The notes beneath the pieces are model-generated. The model had not been told where the DNA came from. It did no database searches and saw only the letters and a program-made list of their open reading frames with translations. Shown one piece after another: positions 28,184 to 36,411 of a stretch of 44,436 bases of DNA. The DNA comes from Granulicella sp. (GTDB lineage Bacteria; Acidobacteriota; Terriglobia; Terriglobales; Acidobacteriaceae). The DNA lies in NCBI GenBank assembly GCA_027339965.1, contig DAHWNL010000077.1, positions 1 to 44,436 on the forward strand, written 5' to 3'. How positions within the stretch are numbered: the first letter of the stretch is position 1; each line of letters starts with the position of its first letter. The translations under genes were made by a program, and so were the position numbers.

Positions 28184-29659
28184 TCAGCCGCTGATCTGCC
28201 GCAGAACCGGATACATCTTGCGATAGCGTGCATAGATCTGCGTCATGGCGGCTGCGTGCTGTGGTTCGATTGTCTCTGCAGGACGCACCGCAGCCCGACA
28301 GGCTTCCTCCACCGATGGCCAGGCGCCCACTCCGGTGCCCGCCAGCAAGGCGGCTCCAAATGCTCCGCCCTCTTCGGCCTCCAGCACTTGCACTGCATGG
28401 CCATACACGTCGGCCTGAATCTGCCGCCACAACGGACTGCGCGCTCCGCCGCCGCCCAGGCGGATGGTTTCCACCGGGATTCCAAGCTCCGCAAACAGTG
28501 TGAAGCTGTCCTGCAGCGAGAAGGCGACGCCCTCCAACACAGCGCGGACGTAGTGCGCGGCGGTTGTGGACGCGTTGATCCCCACAAAGGCCGCGCGCGC
28601 ATTGGGGTCCAGATGCGGCGTCCGCTCACCGAAAAGGTAGGGTGCCCACAACAACCCATCGCTCCCCGGCGGTATGCCAGCCGCCAGAGATGTCATGTCC
28701 TGGTAGGAGAGGGAAGAAAAGAAGGTGTCGCGCAGATAGCGAAGGCTCAATCCTGCGCCGTTGGTCACGCCCATCACATGCCAGATTCCCGGGGCCGCAT
28801 GACAGAAGGTATGCAACCGGCCTTTTGGGTCCAAGGTGGGCTTGGCGGTTGCAGCGAAGACAACGCCCGAGGTTCCTATGGTTGCGGATACCGATCCGGG
28901 AGTGAGGATTCCCATCCCCACCGCCCCGGCTCCCTGGTCTCCGGCTCCGGCGGCCACTGGAGTTCCGGCGGCCAGTCCTGTCGCTGCAGCTCCGGCGGAA
29001 CTAATGCGCGCGCAGATCTCCACCCCCTCGAAGAGCCGCGGCAGCCAGCCCAGCGGGATCCCGGTCCGCTCGGCCATCTCGGCTGACCAGCGCCGGCGAG
29101 CAACGTCCAGCAGCAGGGTTCCGGAGGCCTCCTGCAGATCCATGGCATACTCGCCGGTCAGCCGCAGACGCACAAAGTCCTTGGGGCAGAGGATGTGCGC
29201 GATTCTGGCAAAGGTCTCCGGCTCATGCTCGCGCACCCACAGCAACTTGGTGAGGGTAAAGTTGGACAGGGCAGGGTTGGCGGTCAGCTCGATCAGCCTT
29301 TGGTAGCCAATGGTTTCGGTCAGCCAGTCGCACTGGGGCTGCGTCCTCTGATCGCACCAGATCAGGGCAGGGCGCAGTACCTCTCCGTAGGCATCCAGCA
29401 GGACGCACCCATGCATCTGCCCGGTCAAGCCGACCGCCTCCACTGGTCTGTCGCATTCGGCTGTTTTGGCCTGCCGCAGAACTCCCGTGATGGCCTGCTG
29501 CGCCGCTCTCCACCAGTCCTCCGGACTTTGCTCCGCCCAACCGATCCGCTCCGAGTGGATGGGAGCATGATCGACGGAGTGCGAGGCGAGCACCCTTCCA
29601 TCGCGATCCGCCAGAATGGCGCGGGTGCCGCCGGTACCAACATCAATGCCTAGGAACAT
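28184..29659 (-). CDS. xylB: Xylulokinase
   Basis: LGIDVGTGGT, GLTGQMHG, LIWCDQR, GAGDQ, IGTSGV, FCHA, GERTP, LEGVAF, GGGARS.LW.QI.AD. Confidence 0.93.
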   Translation of the reverse strand: MFLGIDVGTGGTRAILADRDGRVLASHSVDHAPIHSERIGWAEQSPEDWWRAAQQAITGVLRQAKTAECDRPVEAVGLTGQMHGCVLLDAYGEVLRPALIWCDQRTQPQCDWLTETIGYQRLIELTANPALSNFTLTKLLWVREHEPETFARIAHILCPKDFVRLRLTGEYAMDLQEASGTLLLDVARRRWSAEMAERTGIPLGWLPRLFEGVEICARISSAGAAATGLAAGTPVAAGAGDQGAGAVGMGILTPGSVSATIGTSGVVFAATAKPTLDPKGRLHTFCHAAPGIWHVMGVTNGAGLSLRYLRDTFFSSLSYQDMTSLAAGIPPGSDGLLWAPYLFGERTPHLDPNARAAFVGINASTTAAHYVRAVLEGVAFSLQDSFTLFAELGIPVETIRLGGGGARSPLWRQIQADVYGHAVQVLEAEEGGAFGAALLAGTGVGAWPSVEEACRAAVRPAETIEPQHAAAMTQIYARYRKMYPVLRQISG

Positions 29660-29836
29660 GGGACTCCTTTGGGTTTGTTGCGGCTCTCTCGCGGCTCCTT
29701 GCAGTGGGGGAGACCGGTGGGCCGGCTCAGATCCAGCCGAGCGCTCTCGCGCGGGAGGCCACAGCAAAAGTGTAATGGGTGAAGCTCCTTCTTATAGCGA
29801 TTTAATGAGGATTTTGATTTGGCTCTGTTTCTGCCC

Positions 29837-29873
29837 GGCGGTGATTTCGGGGATTGGCGGTGATTTCGGGGAT
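29837..29873. repeat. Perfect 18-bp direct repeat GGCGGTGATTTCGGGGAT x2
   Basis: Copies at 29837-29854 and 29856-29873 in the divergent xylB/TolC intergenic region. Confidence 0.9.
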
Positions 29874-30004
29874 GGATTATGGACGGGGCGAGGGTGGATT
29901 TCCCGCGAAGTTTTGCATATATCCTCCGCGTCCGTGCATCTGTGAATTAGGAAACGCCGGACAGAGTGAAGACGAGGCCCGGCGACTTCATTCGACGATT
30001 TAGC

Positions 30005-31537
30005 ATGGAAGCTATGATTCAACTGCACCGAGACGCGTCATGGAACGCGATAGGGCGAGTTCTTGCCCTTCTGCTGCCGGCTTTGGCCGCTTCGATGGCT
30101 GTGGCGCAGTCCACCGGCATGAGCTCCAATGGAGGCTCCGCGGAGCTGGGTATTGCTCTGCAGACGCAGCAGCAGCTCGCCACGCCGGGGCCCGCGCTGA
30201 ACCCGTCCAACAGCAGCTCCTTAGGTGGGATGGACCCCAGCTTCCATGGCAGCTTGGTGCATGGAAGTGCAAACGGGCAGGTTTTGCCGCTGAGCATCGA
30301 TCAGGCGATCCACATGGGCCTGCAGAACAATCTGGGTCTCATCCTGCAAGGTTCCAGCCAGCGCCAGGCGGAGGGCGAGCGACTGGAAAGCCTGCAGTCG
30401 CTTCTGCCTACCGTGACGGCCGGCGCCTCGATCACCGTCGAGCAGATTGATCTGGCCGCCTTCGGCCTCAAGATCCCTGAGATCAATCCGATCATCGGGC
30501 CGTTTCAGGTGGAAGATTTCCGAGCGTTTCTCAATCAGGATCTGGTCAACCTGAACTCGCTGCAGAACTATCTGGCTTCGAAGCACAACTTCCAGGCGGC
30601 CAAGCTGACCGCGCAGGATGCCCGAGAACTGGTGGTGCTTACCGTGGGCAACGCTTATCTGCTTTGTATCGCTGACCAGACTCGAATTCAGGCCGTCCAG
30701 GCTGAGTTGGCCAGCTCCAAGCTCTCGTTCGATCAGGCTACCGACGCGCATGAGGCCGGCACCAGCCCCCGCCTGGATGTGCTGCGAGCTCAGGTGGACT
30801 ACCAGAGTGAGCAGCAAGCCCTGATCTCGGCCAAAAATGAGTTGGCCGAGGATAAGATTGCGCTGGCGCGCTCCATCGGCTTGCCGCTTGACCAGAGATT
30901 CCAGTTGACGGACAGGGAACCCTTCCAGGCGCTGGATACTCCGGATCCGGAAGCTGCCTTCGGGGCGGCGCTGCGGCAACGCAAGGATCTTGCGGCGTCC
31001 GCGGAGCAGGTCAAAGCGGCCGAAGCTGAGCGAAAGGCTGCGGCCGATGATCAACTTCCCACGGTGAATGTCAATGGCAACTATGGCGTCCTGGGGCAGA
31101 CCATGGCTCACTCCCATGGCACGTTTACCGCTGTGGGGTCGGTTTCCGCGCCCGTGTTGCAGATCGCCAAGGTACATGGAGAAGAAGAGACCGCTGAGGC
31201 CCAGCTTGACCAGGCCAAGGCCAGGCTCTCCGACCAGACGCAGCAGGTCAATGCCGATGTTCGTGACGCCATTCTGGATATTCAAACCGCAACCAAGCTG
31301 GTAGAGGCAACCCGGAGCAATGTGGATCTGGCGCGCGAAGCCCTTGCAGAGGCTCAGGAGCGATTCAAGGCCGGGGTTGACTCCAGCCTGACTGTCTCCC
31401 AGGCGTTGGCCGCCGATCGCCAGGCGGAAGACCAATACATCAGCGCGCTCTACCAGCACAATGTCGCCAAGCTCTCCCTGGCCCGGGCTCTGGGAGTCGC
31501 TTCGACCAACTACAAAGAGTATCTCGGAGGAAAGTAA
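30005..31537 (+). CDS. TolC-family outer-membrane efflux protein
   Basis: Signal peptide, LSIDQAI..GLQNN, two helical OEP repeats (V..AYL; AQERFKAG...LTV.QA). Start uncertain (29966/30005/30014). Confidence 0.9.
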   Translation: MEAMIQLHRDASWNAIGRVLALLLPALAASMAVAQSTGMSSNGGSAELGIALQTQQQLATPGPALNPSNSSSLGGMDPSFHGSLVHGSANGQVLPLSIDQAIHMGLQNNLGLILQGSSQRQAEGERLESLQSLLPTVTAGASITVEQIDLAAFGLKIPEINPIIGPFQVEDFRAFLNQDLVNLNSLQNYLASKHNFQAAKLTAQDARELVVLTVGNAYLLCIADQTRIQAVQAELASSKLSFDQATDAHEAGTSPRLDVLRAQVDYQSEQQALISAKNELAEDKIALARSIGLPLDQRFQLTDREPFQALDTPDPEAAFGAALRQRKDLAASAEQVKAAEAERKAAADDQLPTVNVNGNYGVLGQTMAHSHGTFTAVGSVSAPVLQIAKVHGEEETAEAQLDQAKARLSDQTQQVNADVRDAILDIQTATKLVEATRSNVDLAREALAEAQERFKAGVDSSLTVSQALAADRQAEDQYISALYQHNVAKLSLARALGVASTNYKEYLGGK

Positions 31538-31539
31538 GC

Positions 31540-32772
31540 GTGTCCGATCAGAACGAACGTTCGCAACAGCCGGAGCTGATGGAGGCTCTGCCCAGGAACA
31601 ACTCGAAGAGGAAGTTTATCGGCGTTCTGGTGATCGCTGTGTTGATTCTCGGAGCCGGACTCTTCTACTGGCGCTCGACCTTTACCGAGGACACGGACGA
31701 CGCTCAAGTGGATGGCAACCTCTACCAGGTCAGCTCGCGCGTGGCTGGCCAGGTGATCCATGTGGATGTGGAAGAGGAGCAGTTTGTCCACAAGGGCGAC
31801 AGCATCGCCGAGATTGACCCCAAGGACTTCCAGGTGGCTCTGGAACAGGCCCAGGCCGACCTGGCTAACGCCCAGGCAGCTTATCGCCAGGCCGTGGTGG
31901 GCGTACCTATTACCCACGTCCAGACCTTTACCACCCTGCGGAGTTCCATCTCCGACGTAGCCGGCAGCGAGGATGCAGTGCAGCAGGCGGAGGCGGAAGT
32001 GGAGGTGGACAAGGCCAAAGTCGCCGCCGCTCAGGCCCAAGCCATCAAGTCCCAGCTTGACGTGCAGCGCTACACCCCGCTGGTGGCCAAAGATGTGATC
32101 TCCAAACAGCAGTACGATGCCGCTGTGGCCCAGGCGGCCGCCGACCAGGGCAATCTGGAGGCTGCGCGGCGTGACGTCAAGGCGCAAGAGGAAGCAGTGC
32201 GAACGTTGGAGGAGCGCCTAGCGCAGGCTCGTTCGCAGAAGTTCCAGAGCCAGCAGAATGGCCCCAAACAGGTAGCGGCGCAGCAGGCGGCTGCGGCAGC
32301 CGCCCTGGCGGCGATCAAGGTGGCCCAGGCACGAGTGGATCAGGCGCAGCTTAACCTGAGCTACACCAGGATCGTCTCTCCCGTCACCGGCATTGTCAGC
32401 AACAAGCGCGTGGCCGTGGGAGAAAACCTCAGCGTTGGCCAGTCCCTGCTGACGGTAGTGCCTTTGACCGATCTTTGGGTGACGGCCAACTTCAAGGAGA
32501 CCCAACTGACCCATATGCATTCCGGACAGCGAGTGAATATCTCGGTGGATGCGTTGGGCGGCCGGGAGTTCACCGGCGTGGTAGCGCAGATTGGCGGGGC
32601 GACAGGCAGTTCGTTGAGCCTGTTTCCCCCGGAGAACGCCACGGGGAACTATGTGAAAGTGGTCCAGCGCATACCGGTTCGAATCAACTTCACGAACCTC
32701 GATCAGGAGAACAAGGACTACGCTCTTCGGATTGGAATGTCGGTGGAACCGACCGTGCGCATCAAGGATTAG
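31540..32772 (+). CDS. EmrA/HlyD-family membrane fusion protein
   Basis: TM, TDDAQVDG, coiled-coil hairpin, LSYTRIVSPVTG, WVTANFKETQL, ATGS.LSLFPPENATGNYVKVVQRIPVRI. Confidence 0.95.
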   Translation: MSDQNERSQQPELMEALPRNNSKRKFIGVLVIAVLILGAGLFYWRSTFTEDTDDAQVDGNLYQVSSRVAGQVIHVDVEEEQFVHKGDSIAEIDPKDFQVALEQAQADLANAQAAYRQAVVGVPITHVQTFTTLRSSISDVAGSEDAVQQAEAEVEVDKAKVAAAQAQAIKSQLDVQRYTPLVAKDVISKQQYDAAVAQAAADQGNLEAARRDVKAQEEAVRTLEERLAQARSQKFQSQQNGPKQVAAQQAAAAAALAAIKVAQARVDQAQLNLSYTRIVSPVTGIVSNKRVAVGENLSVGQSLLTVVPLTDLWVTANFKETQLTHMHSGQRVNISVDALGGREFTGVVAQIGGATGSSLSLFPPENATGNYVKVVQRIPVRINFTNLDQENKDYALRIGMSVEPTVRIKD

Positions 32773-33209
32773 CTCGATCTCCCTGCAACAGGGGGGCCTC
32801 GGAGACTCCGGAGTATGGGATATGGCCCTGCAGTTCGGGTCGGCCAAGCAGCGTTGCCGGTTTCACGCTCTGAAGAAGGTCCGCTGTTGGGCTCTGTCGT
32901 GGGTTCTGTCTTGGGCTCCGACCAGGACTCCGTCATAGGTTCGGTCTCCCAGCGGCTCAACCCCGAGACACTCACCAGGCATCCGGCAGACTCACCCGGA
33001 AACAGGCCTGCCAAGCCAAGCTGCGGATCAGGTATCAGATTCCGGCTCCTGGCGCTCGTCTCGTTGGTGCAGGCGCTGTAGGTCCGGGTTTTCACGAGAC
33101 TGATTCGGCTCACCTTAATTTTCCGCACCGCGTGGCTCCAGCCATCATCTACTGTTTTAAAGAAGAGCTTTCATTTCGGCATTTGGGGCTAGCGGAAAGG
33201 ATCAGGTGG

Positions 33210-34166
33210 ATGGCTTCGGTTCTTAGCATGCTTGTGCATCATACGTATGCTCTCCTATTTGCCTGGGTGCTGGTGGAGCAAAGCGGTGTGCCGATTCCCA
33301 CTGCTCCGCTGTTCATCGCAGCCGGCGCCATGAGCGCGGCTCACCAACTCCACATTGCCTATGCGCTTCCGGTGATCCTGGCTGCCTGTATGCTGGGCGA
33401 CTCGGCATGGTACTTCCTGGGTAAGCGCTATGGAGCGCGCGTATTGAATGCTCTCTGCCACCTCTCACTGGAAGCCGCCACCTGCGTTGAGCGCACGCAC
33501 GGGACGGTGAGCCGGCGCGGAGCCGTTACCCTGCTTTTTGCCAAGTTTGTGCCGGGTCTCAACACAGTAGCTCCTCCCATCATTGGCCAGGTCCGCATTC
33601 CTTACCTGACCTTTGCGGCCTATGACCTGGCCGGCTCGCTCGCCTGGGGTGGAGCCTGGCTCCTTGCGGGACGATTTTTCGGAGATCTTGCCAAAAGGAG
33701 CAGCGAGTTCTTTGCCATGCTCGGCCGTTTCGGCGTCGCGCTGGTGTTCTTTGCGGTCGTCGGTCTGGTGGTCTATCGAGTTCTCAAACGCCGCCAGTTT
33801 CTGGATGAGTTGAAGGGTCTGCGTCTTGAGCCGTTGCAGTTGATGGAGATGATTGCAGAGGCTGAGCGCGGCGGCCTCGATCGGCCCTTCATCGTTGATC
33901 TCCGCCATCCACTGGATGTCCTTGCCGACCCTCTGATTCTGCCCGGCGCCCAGCGCATCGGTCCGGATGAGCTCAAGCAACGACGCGAGATCATTCCCCG
34001 TGACCGCGACATCGTCCTCTACTGCACTTGCCCCAGCGAAGAGACCAGCGCAAAGGTAGCCCTGGAGTTGCATCGCCTGGGCGTTCAACGAGTGCGTCCT
34101 CTCCGTGGCGGCTTGCAGGGATGGAAGGATGCCGGCTATCCCGTAGATACGATCGCCTCTTTGTAA
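33210..34166 (+). CDS. DedA/VTT membrane protein fused to a rhodanese domain
   Basis: EQSGVPIP, GD..WY.LG, FAKFVPGL; C-terminal IVDLR, IVLYCTCPSEETSA, RPLRGGLQGW..AGYP. Confidence 0.9.
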   Translation: MASVLSMLVHHTYALLFAWVLVEQSGVPIPTAPLFIAAGAMSAAHQLHIAYALPVILAACMLGDSAWYFLGKRYGARVLNALCHLSLEAATCVERTHGTVSRRGAVTLLFAKFVPGLNTVAPPIIGQVRIPYLTFAAYDLAGSLAWGGAWLLAGRFFGDLAKRSSEFFAMLGRFGVALVFFAVVGLVVYRVLKRRQFLDELKGLRLEPLQLMEMIAEAERGGLDRPFIVDLRHPLDVLADPLILPGAQRIGPDELKQRREIIPRDRDIVLYCTCPSEETSAKVALELHRLGVQRVRPLRGGLQGWKDAGYPVDTIASL

Positions 34167-34378
34167 ACAGCCATGGCCGGAGAGCGGCTATAGCAGCCGG
34201 ATGCGCTGGCTCTCCTCGCTGCGATCTCTCTCCAGGGAAGATCATTTGAAGCGGTGGAATTAGCCATCCATCCGGCATCTCCGCCTGTGATGCGGGGACG
34301 GATCTGTGTTGGATCTGACCGGCTCGCAGGCAGGTTGCGATTGAACTTCGCTTGACGGGAACATGGGACAATCGAGAG

Positions 34379-36037
34379 ATGATCTCTTTCTCTGAGCTGC
34401 AGGCGCTTCCGGTCTTTGCGTCTCTTGACGAGTTGAGTTGCCAGCGTCTGGCGAGGCGGGCCGCTGATATCCGTCTCAACCCCGGGGAGTGGCTGCTGCG
34501 GGAGGGAGAGATGGCTGGCTTTTACGTGCTGCTGGAGGGTGACCTTCAACTGGTGAAGGAGGTCCTGGGCCAGCCTATGGAACTGCGCAGCTACAAGGCG
34601 GGCGATTTTTTCGGCGAGGTCCCGATTTTGCTGGGCGGGGCAGCGTTTGTCTCTATCAAGGCCATCTCCAAAGCGAGGGTTGCACACTTTGATCCGCAGG
34701 TGTTGTTTGAGCTGATTCAAGGCTCGGCGGCGTCCAGTGCCGTCATCCTGCAGACGATGACGGATCGCCTGATTTCCGTCCAGCAGTTCGCCAAAAGTCT
34801 CCCCGGCTCCCGGGTGCTGGTGGTGGGGACAAAATATGACAGCGATTGCCATGAGATTCGGAACTTTCTCTCCGCGAATCGGATTCCGTACGAATGGGTG
34901 GATGCGGAACGCGAGCCCGACCGGCTGCCGGCTTGCATGACGGAGGGATACCATGGGCCCGAGGTGATTGTGGACCGCGCTTTCTGTGTGGAGCGGCCCA
35001 CGATCCGGAGCGTAGCCGAGGCACTGGGAATACGCACCCAGCCACGCCATGATGAGTATGACGTTGTGATTGCGGGTGCAGGCCCGGCGGGACTGGCCGC
35101 CGCCGTCTACGGAGCTTCAGAGGGTTTGCGGGTGCTGCTGGTGGAACGATCCTCGGCGGGTGGACAGGCAGGCGCTTCATCGCGAATCGAAAACTACCTG
35201 GGGTTTCCGAATGGAATCTCGGGAGAAGAGCTGAGCGACCGGGCGCAAAAGCAGGCTGTTCGATTCGGCGCGGAGATTGTGTTGACGCGCTGCGTGGAGC
35301 ACCTGGAGCCACTCTCCGACGGAAGATATTGCGTGGAACTGGATGAAAGTCAGAGGATCTCTGCCTGTGTCGTGTTGCTGGCCACGGGGGTGGAGTGGAG
35401 AGTTTTGCAAGCCGACGGGGTGAGCCGTTTCCAGGGGAGGGGTGTATTCTATGGCGCTGCGCGCCATGAGGCGATCAATGTGGTCGGCAAGAGGGTCTTT
35501 GTGGTCGGCGGCGGTAACTCCGCCGGCCAGGCTGCAATGTTTTTCTCCAACTATGCCTCGAAGGTGACGATGCTGCTTCGCGGCAAAGGTCTGGAGTTGA
35601 CCATGTCCCAGTACCTCATTGAGCAGTTAGGGACCAAAAGGAACGTCAGCGTGGAGCCGTATACCGAGGTCATTCGGGCGGAGGGCGAAGATCATCTCGA
35701 GCGGATTGTAACTCAGTCGCAGGGCCCAGGAGGTGCGCCGACGATCCAGACGCGCGATGCCGATGCGCTCTTTGTGATGATCGGCGCCCACGCCAACACG
35801 GCATGGCTGCCCCGAAGCCTGGAGAGAGATGCGGGCGGTTACATCTGCACGGGGCGCGATCTGGTCCGGTGGCCGCTGCCGGACCGCGAGCCGTTTCCGC
35901 TGGAGACCAGCCTGCCCGGCGTTTTCTGCGCCGGCGATGTTCGTCACGACTCCATCAAGCGCGTTTCCAGCGGCGTGGGAGAGGGAAGCATGGCGATCGC
36001 CTTCATCCATCAGTATCTGGCGCTGCAGAATTTTTAG
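34379..36037 (+). CDS. cNMP-binding + glutaredoxin-like + thioredoxin-reductase-like FAD oxidoreductase
   Basis: cNMP domain (GE.L.REG, FYVLLEG, GDFFGE); Grx-like segment (CHEIRNFLSANRIPYEWVD); GAGPAGL.AA.Y..SEG, IENYLGFP.GISG, GGGNSAGQ, GVFCAGD.R. Confidence 0.9.
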   Translation: MISFSELQALPVFASLDELSCQRLARRAADIRLNPGEWLLREGEMAGFYVLLEGDLQLVKEVLGQPMELRSYKAGDFFGEVPILLGGAAFVSIKAISKARVAHFDPQVLFELIQGSAASSAVILQTMTDRLISVQQFAKSLPGSRVLVVGTKYDSDCHEIRNFLSANRIPYEWVDAEREPDRLPACMTEGYHGPEVIVDRAFCVERPTIRSVAEALGIRTQPRHDEYDVVIAGAGPAGLAAAVYGASEGLRVLLVERSSAGGQAGASSRIENYLGFPNGISGEELSDRAQKQAVRFGAEIVLTRCVEHLEPLSDGRYCVELDESQRISACVVLLATGVEWRVLQADGVSRFQGRGVFYGAARHEAINVVGKRVFVVGGGNSAGQAAMFFSNYASKVTMLLRGKGLELTMSQYLIEQLGTKRNVSVEPYTEVIRAEGEDHLERIVTQSQGPGGAPTIQTRDADALFVMIGAHANTAWLPRSLERDAGGYICTGRDLVRWPLPDREPFPLETSLPGVFCAGDVRHDSIKRVSSGVGEGSMAIAFIHQYLALQNF

Positions 36038-36411
36038 ACGGGCATCGCTCAGCGGCGGTTCGTCGATAGGGCCGGGTTGGGGCAGCGGAATTTTGTCTGA
36101 AGAGCCGTTGATTCTGCGTCAGAACTGCTGTTGCAGAAGCGTGGTCGTGGGCGAAAAAGATGGCACTGCTTCCGACGCCCCAGCGTCACCAAGAGGTTTT
36201 ATCGTTTGCGTCTCATTCTTCGCGCCAAGTGGCAGTCAGCTTCACCGCTGAGCAGGTATCGGGCAAAGTCAGTGCGTGGTTGCCGCGGCAGGCTGGAATT
36301 GGCGTAAGCCGATTTGGGGATTGTGGAAGGCTTTAGAGCGCGGTCGAGGTTCAGATGGAAAACGGAATGGAAAGGCCGCAGCCTCGGTGACTTCGAGCAG
36401 ATGGTTCGATC

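Noticed and set aside
36038..36411. Gene or pseudogene between the TrxB-like gene and the GH29 gene
   Set aside because: The short ORFs on both strands have no recognisable motifs or RBS.
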